Of a stretch of DNA of 64,000 bases, positions 35,582 through 43,334 are shown piece after piece. How positions within the stretch are numbered: the stretch's first letter is position 1; the number at the start of each line of letters is the position of its first letter. The notes under the pieces are model-generated. The model made no database searches. It worked only from the letters and a program-made list of their open reading frames with translations, and was not told the origin of the DNA. Position numbers and translations under genes: made by a program. The DNA comes from Anaerolineae bacterium. GTDB taxonomy: Bacteria; Chloroflexota; Anaerolineae; Aggregatilineales; Phototrophicaceae. The stretch is from contig DAOUCZ010000171.1 in NCBI GenBank assembly GCA_034431675.1, positions 7,400 to 71,399 on the forward strand, given 5' to 3'.

Positions 35582-36523
35582 GTGTCTTTCGATTGGACGA
35601 ACGACGACGATTTAGACCGTTATGCCGATTACGCATCGGCTTTTGAGGCGCGCCTGCCGCGCAAACGCAAGCCCAACCACAAGCCCAAAATCTCGCGCGC
35701 GCAGCAGGTGCAGCAGTCTGCCGAGGTTGGGGCGCTGGAGGATGGGTTTAACACCACCTATCGGCCCGGCATCTTTGAGGAGGGGTGGTTGCTCAATTCG
35801 CTGCGCCCGTTCCACGAGATGGGCTTGCTGGCCGACGTGCTCAGCCGTGTGAAGGGCGGCAAAGAGGCCAATGTGTATCGCTGTCGGGGCAGTCAGCTGA
35901 CCGATGGTGCACTGCTGGCGGCCAAGGTGTATCGCCCGCAGATGTTCCGCACGATGAAAAACGACCACGTGTATCGTGAGGGCCGGCACATCTTGAGTGC
36001 TGGCGGGGGCGCGCTGAAGAAGACCGATCACCGCGAAATGCGCGCGATTGCCAAGAAATCAGACTATGGGGCAGAGGTGATGCATACCTCATGGCTGATG
36101 CACGAGTTCAAGACTCTTCAGCGCCTGCACGCGGCGGGGGCAAATGTGCCGCTGCCGATAGCCCATGCGCCTAACGGTATCTTGATGAGCTTTGTTGGGG
36201 ATGAGCACCTGAGCGCCCCGAGTCTGGGCGAAATCCGGCTTGACCCTGACGAGGCGCAGGAAGCCTATGATGAGGTGGTGCGCAATCTGGGGGTGATGAT
36301 GGCCTTGGGCATCGTCCACGGCGATCTGTCCCCCTATAACTTGCTGTATTGGGATGGTGAGGTGGTGCTCATCGACTTCCCGCAGGTGGTGAGCGTGCAG
36401 AGCAACCCGCTGGCCAAAGAACTGCTGTATCGCGATGTGGTGCGCATCACGCGCTATTTTGCCAGCTGCGGCGTGCCCGAGGCTGATGCGGACAGCCTGA
36501 TGGCGGTGCTGTGGCCAGAATGA
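35582..36523 (+). CDS. RIO1-type atypical serine protein kinase
   Basis: GGKEANVY (P-loop-like), AAKVYRP, catalytic IVHGDLSPYNLLY and metal-binding LIDFPQVV. GTG start at 35582. Confidence 0.88.
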   Translation: MSFDWTNDDDLDRYADYASAFEARLPRKRKPNHKPKISRAQQVQQSAEVGALEDGFNTTYRPGIFEEGWLLNSLRPFHEMGLLADVLSRVKGGKEANVYRCRGSQLTDGALLAAKVYRPQMFRTMKNDHVYREGRHILSAGGGALKKTDHREMRAIAKKSDYGAEVMHTSWLMHEFKTLQRLHAAGANVPLPIAHAPNGILMSFVGDEHLSAPSLGEIRLDPDEAQEAYDEVVRNLGVMMALGIVHGDLSPYNLLYWDGEVVLIDFPQVVSVQSNPLAKELLYRDVVRITRYFASCGVPEADADSLMAVLWPE

Positions 36524-36563
36524 CGCGCCCGCTGCTGACAGGTGGTGTAAAGCATGCCGCTTG

Positions 36564-37139
36564 TCAGCGGCTCAGCACCGCGCTTGGGCTGCGATACTGG
36601 ATGTCGTGCGATTCGGGCAGCTTCCATGTGTAGCCCGGCCCGGGCGTATCAGGCTGGGCAAGGCGTATCTCGAAGTGGACGTGGGGGGCGGGGCGCACGT
36701 CGGCCATCACCCCTAGCACGTCTCCCTGCTCGATACATGTGCCCACGCGGGGGAACTTGACCGCGTCGGTTTCGCCCAGATGCCCATACAGGCTGTATAG
36801 GGTGACGCCGTCAGGGGTGCGGTGCTCGATGATGACCACACCGGCATCACGCCCCCACCCGAGCGGATAGCTGTAGCGTACCTTGCCGCGCCCCGCCGCA
36901 TAAACCGGCTCGCCAAGACTGCCGCCGTCTGGCAGCGCCCAATCCTCACCGGTGTGATAGCGCCCCTGATGGCGCGGGCTGGGCACGGTGTAGCCCTGCA
37001 CCAGCACAAAGCGCGCCGTATCGATCGGATAGGTCAGCGAGTCGGCTGTGCCGCAGTCTACGGCTTGCCACCACGCCTCGGGGATGATGCCGAGTGTGAA
37101 CAGGGTGGTAAGGGCCAATATCAGCGAGAGGCGGCGCAT
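36564..37139 (-). CDS. Secreted M23 (LytM-type) metallopeptidase
   Basis: ATG 37139 follows AGGAG. Signal-like MRRLSLILALTTLFTLGII. Motifs HTGEDWA, VIIEH, YGHL and PHVHFEI (HxxxD and HxH). Confidence 0.88.
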   Translation of the reverse strand: MRRLSLILALTTLFTLGIIPEAWWQAVDCGTADSLTYPIDTARFVLVQGYTVPSPRHQGRYHTGEDWALPDGGSLGEPVYAAGRGKVRYSYPLGWGRDAGVVIIEHRTPDGVTLYSLYGHLGETDAVKFPRVGTCIEQGDVLGVMADVRPAPHVHFEIRLAQPDTPGPGYTWKLPESHDIQYRSPSAVLSR

Positions 37140-37185
37140 GGCGGTTCGCTCCTGTGTGGGCACAGTTTTTGGGAGGATGAGGGGC

Positions 37186-38163
37186 TTAGTCCCCGAAATG
37201 CTGGCGGGCAAAGGCCAGCTTGTGCAGGTCGTGGGCTTCTTGGCCACCTTCGTGATCGTTCCAGCGATAAATTTTGATGTCGTGCGCGCCGGCGGGCAGA
37301 TGGTTGTAGGCGGCGTAGACGGTGGAGGGCGGGCAGATGACGTCCATCAGCGCCACGCTGAACAGGCAGTCGGCCTTGATGCGCGGGGCAAGGTTGACCC
37401 CGTCGAAATAGTCGAGGGTGTTGAAGACGCGCTCTTCGTTCTCGCGTTGGACGCGCAGATATTCGACGATTTCGCTGTAGGGGTGACGGTCGGTCAGGCC
37501 GACCGCGCGGCGGAAGTGGCACAAAAACGGCACATCGGGCAGGCAGATTTTGACGATGTCAGGCGCGAGCGCTGCCGCCGCAATCGACATGCCCCCGCCT
37601 TGACTGGCGCCGCAGACCCCGATGCGGTCAGCATCGACGTCGGCGCGGGTGAGCACGGCGTCCAGCGCGCGCACCACATCGACGAACACGCGGCGGTAAT
37701 AATAGGTGCTGGGCGACAGCACCCCCTGCGTCATGAACCCGTTGCGGAACGGGTTTGCGCCGTCGGGGATGTCGGCGGTATCCCCACGTCGCCAGTTGCC
37801 GCCCTGCCCGCGCGTGTCGATGGTGAGGTGGGCATAGCCAGCGTTGGCCCAAAAGGTGACGGTGTGGGGATAACCGCGCCCACCGCCGTACCCGTGATAT
37901 TCCACCATGCACGGCAGCGGGGTGGTGACGCCAGCGGGACGGGCATACCAGCCATGGATGGTCTGTCCGCCATAGCCGGCAAACTGCACGTCATAGGTTT
38001 CAATCAGCTTCATGCCGGTATCGATGCGGGTGAAGGTGGCGTTGAGGGGCTGTTTGCGCTGGGTGTGCAGGGTCTCGGCCCAAAAGGCGTCAAAATCGGC
38101 GGGTTCGCTGCGGTCTGGCTTATAGCTGACCATCTGCTCCAGCGGCATATCAAAGAAGGCCAT
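37186..38163 (-). CDS. Acetyl xylan esterase / cephalosporin-C deacetylase (CE7, AXE1 family)
   Basis: N-terminus MAFFDMPLEQMVSYKPDRSEPADFDAFW, nucleophile motif CGASQGGG, and C-terminal HEGG. Confidence 0.88.
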   Translation of the reverse strand: MAFFDMPLEQMVSYKPDRSEPADFDAFWAETLHTQRKQPLNATFTRIDTGMKLIETYDVQFAGYGGQTIHGWYARPAGVTTPLPCMVEYHGYGGGRGYPHTVTFWANAGYAHLTIDTRGQGGNWRRGDTADIPDGANPFRNGFMTQGVLSPSTYYYRRVFVDVVRALDAVLTRADVDADRIGVCGASQGGGMSIAAAALAPDIVKICLPDVPFLCHFRRAVGLTDRHPYSEIVEYLRVQRENEERVFNTLDYFDGVNLAPRIKADCLFSVALMDVICPPSTVYAAYNHLPAGAHDIKIYRWNDHEGGQEAHDLHKLAFARQHFGD

Positions 38164-38209
38164 CGGTGGATACGCTCCTATAGGGTGAGATAAGGGTGAC
38201 TAAACGAGA

Positions 38210-38902
38210 TTAAAGCGGATGACGGGCCAGCAGGTCGAGCTGTAGGGCGCGCACAGCCGGCCATTCTTCGGCGAGGATGCGAAACCATGCGGTATCGCGC
38301 GGGCGGTCTTTCACGATCATGTGGGCCTGCTGAATCCCCTCGAAGCTGAAGCCCATCCGCAGGGCCGAACGGCGCGAGCGTTCGTTGAGCGCGTTGCACT
38401 TCCACTCCACCCGCCGATAACCCAGCTCGAAAGCGTGCGCGGTCATCAGATGGGTGGCCTCCAGATTGGCCTGCGTGCGCTGTGCCAGCGGGCTGTACCA
38501 GATGCTGCCCAGCTCGATTTTGAGGTCACGCGGGGCATTGTTGAGGTAGGTTGCCGCCCCAACCGCGTGTCCGCTGGCGTTGTCGATGACCGTGAAAGCC
38601 AGCGTGTTGGGCGAGTCGAGTTGCGCTTGCAGATAGCTGCGCATCTCGGCCTCGCTAGCAAACGGGCCGGCAAACATATAGCGCCAGATGACCGCTTCGG
38701 CGTCATAAGCCGGCACATGCTTATCGCCAATGGTCAGGGCGCGCCCGTCCGAGATGGCATGGAGTACCGCCGCATCGCGCTCGATGTCGGTGGGCTGCAA
38801 GGTGACAAACTGCCCGCGCAGCGTGACCGCTGTGGGTTTCAGCGGCAGACTGTGGCGCAGCGCCAGCACCTCGGGCGGCAGCGGGTCTGGAAGGGGGTGC
38901 AT
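38210..38902 (-). CDS. GNAT N-acetyltransferase (RimJ/RimL-like)
   Basis: ELGSIWYSPLAQRTQANLEATHLMTAHAFELGYRRVEWKCNALNERSRRSALRMGFSFEGI is typical of the Acetyltransf_3 family. Confidence 0.8.
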   Translation of the reverse strand: MHPLPDPLPPEVLALRHSLPLKPTAVTLRGQFVTLQPTDIERDAAVLHAISDGRALTIGDKHVPAYDAEAVIWRYMFAGPFASEAEMRSYLQAQLDSPNTLAFTVIDNASGHAVGAATYLNNAPRDLKIELGSIWYSPLAQRTQANLEATHLMTAHAFELGYRRVEWKCNALNERSRRSALRMGFSFEGIQQAHMIVKDRPRDTAWFRILAEEWPAVRALQLDLLARHPL

Positions 38903-39118
38903 CGAGGCCTCCGATCGGGCGGGTGAGTGTATGCACGCTTAACACTACCGCCAGAAACGCGGTGTATCCATAGCCATCACGGGCCAGTGGTCTGGTGTGT
39001 GAGTGCTTCCTTATACCACAACACCCCCCGCTGTGCGAAGATGTCCGATATAGTCGGGCATCTTCGCCAGCAGGGGGCTTGTTTTTAGGGGATGAAAGGG
39101 AGGCGCTTGACGGTCGGT

Positions 39119-40618
39119 TTAACGCAAGTCAAAGCGGATGGGCGGCATGGCGGCGATGCAGTCGGCATTGGGGGCGGTTTGCGGCGCATCAAGGAAGTCC
39201 TGCACGATTTGCACCGCACAGCCCCCGCTTTGCCCGACGACGTGGGTCATGGCGGGGAATTCAAAATAGAAGCTGTTGGGGAAATTGGCGGCGGTTTGCT
39301 GCGTCCATGTTACCGGCGTGGCAGGGTCGAATTCGCCGGCCAGCGCCAGCACCGGCGTCTGGGCGGTGACCGGCAGCGCTTCTTGCGGGTCAAAGGGCTG
39401 CGCGCCCCATGTCTGGCAGACTTCTGTCAGGGTGTCGGTGCTGCCATAGGCCGCTTCGGCGGCAAAGCTGGCAAAAGCGGGGGTTTGCGCCCATGCTTGC
39501 GCGATGTCCTGCGCGGTGGTGGCAAACACCTCTTCGTGGCAGTTGATGGAACTGAACAGACCGATGTCAATCTGGTCGGACAGCAGCAGCACCAGCATAA
39601 ACGGCAGCTCCAGCGCGGCGGTGTTGCCTTTGCTGACTTCGTTCATCAGCACCGGGATTTGTGGCAGAAACTGCGGCACTTGCATCGTGATGAATGTGCC
39701 GGTGATAAAGTCTGCGCCGCTGACTTGCACGGTATAACGCGCGCCACTGATCGGGTTGGTGACGGTGATGGCCTGTGGTTGGGCGTTCAGGCGGTCGATG
39801 GCGGCGTAGAAGTCATCGCGCAGGGTGGGGTAGAAGTCGGCGCAGGCGGATTGGGCGGCACAGGCGGCCAGCAGGCGCTCGATGGCGAATTCGGCTTTAT
39901 AAGCCTGACCGGCATACAGATTCACTTCGACGGGGATGGCCGAGTCGAGCACGGCGCTGCGCACGAGGTCTGGATAATCGCGGATGACCGTCTGAGCGAG
40001 GCGCGTGCCGTATGAGCTACCGTATAGGTTGACCTGAGCGTAGCCCAGCGCGGTGGCAAGGTCGGCGATGTCGGCGGCGCTGGCGGCGCTGGTAAAGGCT
40101 GCGATGTCTACCCCGTCGGCGGTCAGGCGGTCACGGCAGGCGATAAAGGCCGGCAGGTACAGCTGGCGCGCCTCTTCTGCGGTCAGGATGCTCTCGAGGT
40201 CGGTGAGTGATGCGGCGGTGACCTCTGGGCAGCTGAGCGCCGGCGTCGAATAGCCCGTGCCGCGCTGGTCGATAAACACCATGTCGCGGGCTTGGGTCAG
40301 CGGGGCGATAAAGGGTTGATACAGCTGCGGGGTCAGTTCGATGATGCCAGCGCCCGGCCCACCCTGCAAGAACACAATCGGGTCGGCGACCGCGGCGCTG
40401 CCGCTGGCGCGATAAATGGCGATGGCAAGCTGGATGCTGGCGGCTTGTGGGGCGGCGCGGTTTTGCGGCACAGTCAGCGTGCCGCAGTCCACTTGTGCGC
40501 CGGCGGGGATGGCAAACGGGCAGTCAGAGGGGGTAAAGGCCGGCGGGGTCGATTGAGCCGCAGCGGGCACAAGGGCCAATACCCAAACGACGATCAACAG
40601 GACAAGGCGGGTTGGCAT
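39119..40618 (-). CDS. Secreted alpha/beta hydrolase (S33 prolyl/tripeptidyl aminopeptidase-like)
   Basis: Signal peptide MPTRLVLLIVVWVLALVPAAAQ. FLQGGPGAG, DQRGTGYS, nucleophile elbow YGSSYGT, and a Cys-containing C-terminal TAP-like region. Confidence 0.82.
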   Translation of the reverse strand: MPTRLVLLIVVWVLALVPAAAQSTPPAFTPSDCPFAIPAGAQVDCGTLTVPQNRAAPQAASIQLAIAIYRASGSAAVADPIVFLQGGPGAGIIELTPQLYQPFIAPLTQARDMVFIDQRGTGYSTPALSCPEVTAASLTDLESILTAEEARQLYLPAFIACRDRLTADGVDIAAFTSAASAADIADLATALGYAQVNLYGSSYGTRLAQTVIRDYPDLVRSAVLDSAIPVEVNLYAGQAYKAEFAIERLLAACAAQSACADFYPTLRDDFYAAIDRLNAQPQAITVTNPISGARYTVQVSGADFITGTFITMQVPQFLPQIPVLMNEVSKGNTAALELPFMLVLLLSDQIDIGLFSSINCHEEVFATTAQDIAQAWAQTPAFASFAAEAAYGSTDTLTEVCQTWGAQPFDPQEALPVTAQTPVLALAGEFDPATPVTWTQQTAANFPNSFYFEFPAMTHVVGQSGGCAVQIVQDFLDAPQTAPNADCIAAMPPIRFDLR

Positions 40619-40737
40619 CGAGGTGTTTCCTTTGTTTGTTGTTCTAACGGATACCTACAGCCTAACCTGTTGTCGGATGCCGGTCGCCCCGCCGATTGGG
40701 GATTTACCGCTCCCCCAAGCGGGGGATTTGTGGGCGG

Positions 40738-41394
40738 TTACGTCTCGAGGTCGTTGAGCTGGACGAGGCCGTGTTTGAGGGCATAGATGATGGCCTGATG
40801 ACGGTGGCGCAGGTGCAGCTTGGACAGCACATTGCCGACGTGTGTTTTGACGGTCTCTTCGCCGATGATGAGCTTGGCGGCGATTTCTTTGTTGCTGAGG
40901 CCGTGGGCCAGCTCTAGCAAGATCTCGCGCTCGCGGTCGGTGAGGTCGCTGCCGGGCAGGCGGGTATGGGTCATGTCGCGCAGCACTGCGCCGGCCACGG
41001 CGGGGTCAATCATCGATTGGCCGACCGCGGCGGCGCGGATGGCCTCGACCAGCAGGGCAGGGTCGCTCTCTTTGCGGATGTAGCCCGACGCGCCGGCACG
41101 CAGGGCTGCGATGACGCGCTCGTCATCGGTGTGGGCGGTGAGCACCACCACCTGTGTATGGGGGGTGATGTCGCGCAGGCGGCGGGTGGTCTCGATGCCG
41201 TCAATGCCGCCGGGCATATACAAGTCCATCACCACCACGTCGGGCAGCCAGCGCTCGATGTTGTCCAGCAGCTGCTCACCGCTGGCGGCGCTGCCAACCA
41301 CTATCAAATCGGGCGAGGCCGATAGAAAGCTTTGCAGCCCACGCCGCACGATGTGATGGTCATCGACGAGGGCGATTTTGAGCAATGGGGTCAT
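40738..41394 (-). CDS. NarL/LuxR-family response regulator
   Basis: MTPLLKIALVDDHHIVRRGL...VVVMDLYMPGGIDG...VVVLTAH, then HTH LTDREREILLELAHGLSNKEIAAKLIIGEETVKTHV. The ATG at 41392-41394 overlaps the kinase stop (ATGA). The ORF-track extension to 42036 was rejected. Confidence 0.93.
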   Translation of the reverse strand: MTPLLKIALVDDHHIVRRGLQSFLSASPDLIVVGSAASGEQLLDNIERWLPDVVVMDLYMPGGIDGIETTRRLRDITPHTQVVVLTAHTDDERVIAALRAGASGYIRKESDPALLVEAIRAAAVGQSMIDPAVAGAVLRDMTHTRLPGSDLTDREREILLELAHGLSNKEIAAKLIIGEETVKTHVGNVLSKLHLRHRHQAIIYALKHGLVQLNDLET

Positions 41395-43211
41395 AGGTGG
41401 GCCTCCGATGTGGTGTGCTGTATGGCCTGCTGCCGCCAGCGCCGATAAATCAGCAGGCTGACGATTTGATTGGCCAGCATCAGGTCTGCGAGGATAAAAA
41501 AGACAAGGTTCATCCAGTGGTCGGTCTCCAGCGGGGGAAAGCGCATTTCGCCGTTGATGAGGGCGGAGAAGAAAATCATCACCAGCAGAAAGATGATGCT
41601 GGGCCACCCGCTGCGCAGCTCGCGCAGGCGCTGCTCCAGCTCTGGCACGCGCTGAGCTGGTGTCAGCTGATGCACTTCCTGTCGATACAGCAGGTACATC
41701 CGGCGATAGCGCCACAGAACCGTCGCTAGGCCAACCGCCCCAATCCAAACGGCGGTGAGGTTGTGCTCGCCTTCGACAATCCACGGCATCGGCAAGAACC
41801 ATGCGGCGGCGATGGTGATGATCATGTGGGCCACCTCGATGTGTCGGCGCAGCTTGAGGCCGGTTCGGCTGTCGCGCCCGTGCTGTATCAGCAAGGCGGT
41901 GCTGCGCCGCTGTGCACGCAGCAAGGCCCAGATGCCATAAGGCAGTGCGCCCAGCATCACCACCACCATAATAATGAAGATGGTGAGCAGCACGCCGTCC
42001 TCGGCGATGCGCTCTGGCTTGTGGATGAGCCGCCACACAATCAGCGAAGTCGTGGTGATGAAGGCGGCGATACCACCAGCAAACTGAAAATACAGCGAAA
42101 TCAGCGGCTTCAGCTGCGCATCGTCGGGTTGGTCGGCGGGGGGGGTGGGGGGCTCGGATGCCGGTGTGGTCAGCGGCACGCGGACGGTCAGGGTTGTGCC
42201 GTGCCCGGGGGCGCTGTCGATGTGGACGGCTGCGCCGATGGCGGCGCTGCGGCTGTGGATGTTGGCAAGGCCCATGCCGACGGCCGGGCTGTTGGGGTCA
42301 AAGCCCTGCCCGTCGTCTTGTACGCGCAGTTCCAGCGGGCCATCTGGGCCGGCGGTTAGCTGAAGGTGGATGGTGCTGGCGCGGGCGTGGCGGGCGATGT
42401 TGGACAGCGCCTCTTGGGCGATGCGAAAGAGCGCCTCTTGCGCGCCGGCAGGCAGGCGGTCATCAGGGGGGAGGGCGCTGAACTGCGGGGTGACTGATGC
42501 GCCGGTGCGGTAGGCCAGTGCCTCGCATTGGTCGCGCAGGGCCTGCACAAGGCCAGATTTCTCTAGCGGGGCGGGTGAGAGCTGCTGGAGGAGGGCGCGC
42601 ATCTCTACCATCGCTTCCTGCGCGCTGGTCTTGACGTCTTGCAGCGCGGCGCGGGCGGCTTCGGGCTGAGTGGTCAGGTGGGCATAGGCGGCGGCGGCGC
42701 TGACGCTCATGCTAAAGACCTGCTGTTTGATGGAATCATGCAGGTCGCGGGCAAGGCGGTTGCGTTCTTCTTGGGCGGCGGCCTCACTGATTTGCGAGAC
42801 CAATTGACCGCGCATCTGGCGCAGGTTGGCATACTGCTCAATCAAGCGGTTGACCTGTGCAACCATCGGGCGCAGCAGCGGCGCACAGTCGGGCGGGATT
42901 TCTGCTATCGGTTGATTTTCATTGAGATAGGCCAGCGCAAGGTTGATTTTGACCAGTCCGCTGGCCACGCCGTGCCAAATCCAAACGTTCCACAGCAGCA
43001 GGATGACTGTCAGCGGCAGTATGCCGACCCGTTCATCCACGCCGAGCTGGCGCATGGCCTGCACCACCGGCAGATAGGCCGTGATGCCTGTTCCTGCGCC
43101 CATCAAGGTCAAGATGAGGGTGGTGCGCCATGCGGGGACGATGGTTGGTAGAGGAGGGGGGGAGGTCTGGTTCATGGGTGGGGTCTCTGGGATGGCCGCT
43201 GCGGCCCACAA
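41391..43211 (-). CDS. HisKA_3-type sensor histidine kinase with an additional C-terminal polytopic membrane domain
   Basis: N-terminal TM helices. H-box ERNRLARDLHDSIKQQVF and G2 box GMGLANIHSRSAAIGA...GHGTTLTVRVPL. A Pro-rich linker is followed by about 6 hydrophobic helices (aa about 366-595). The start could instead be ATG 43175. Confidence 0.88.
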   Translation of the reverse strand: MWAAAAIPETPPMNQTSPPPLPTIVPAWRTTLILTLMGAGTGITAYLPVVQAMRQLGVDERVGILPLTVILLLWNVWIWHGVASGLVKINLALAYLNENQPIAEIPPDCAPLLRPMVAQVNRLIEQYANLRQMRGQLVSQISEAAAQEERNRLARDLHDSIKQQVFSMSVSAAAAYAHLTTQPEAARAALQDVKTSAQEAMVEMRALLQQLSPAPLEKSGLVQALRDQCEALAYRTGASVTPQFSALPPDDRLPAGAQEALFRIAQEALSNIARHARASTIHLQLTAGPDGPLELRVQDDGQGFDPNSPAVGMGLANIHSRSAAIGAAVHIDSAPGHGTTLTVRVPLTTPASEPPTPPADQPDDAQLKPLISLYFQFAGGIAAFITTTSLIVWRLIHKPERIAEDGVLLTIFIIMVVVMLGALPYGIWALLRAQRRSTALLIQHGRDSRTGLKLRRHIEVAHMIITIAAAWFLPMPWIVEGEHNLTAVWIGAVGLATVLWRYRRMYLLYRQEVHQLTPAQRVPELEQRLRELRSGWPSIIFLLVMIFFSALINGEMRFPPLETDHWMNLVFFILADLMLANQIVSLLIYRRWRQQAIQHTTSEAHL

Positions 43212-43233
43212 TGCATCGGATGGGATGAATGAA

Positions 43234-43287
43234 GATAGAAAGCGAGGCAGAAAAACAGCTTTCGCTTTCTATCCCCGCTTTCTATCC
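43234..43287. promoter_or_regulatory. Operator-like cluster of three copies of CGCTTTCTATC (one inverted, two direct) upstream of the kinase gene
   Basis: GATAGAAAGCGA (43234-43245) is the reverse complement of TCGCTTTCTATC (43262-43273). CGCTTTCTATCC recurs at 43263-43274 and 43276-43287. Confidence 0.35.
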
Positions 43288-43334
43288 TATCCGATTTGAG
43301 GTGGGCGAGCGTCCCCCGTAAGGGGGAAATCGGC

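Noticed and set aside
37048-40015. Plus-strand ORFs 37048-38193 and 39092-40015, antisense to the esterase and hydrolase genes
   Set aside because: The opposite strand encodes proteins with catalytic motifs (GASQGG, GSSYG). These frames show antisense-type composition.
41395-42036. 214-codon upstream extension of the NarL-type regulator ORF
   Set aside because: It lies out of frame inside the kinase gene's C-terminal membrane domain. The translation is Arg/His/Ala/Pro-rich. The canonical receiver N-terminus MTPLLKIALVDDHH starts at 41394 with an ATGA overlap.
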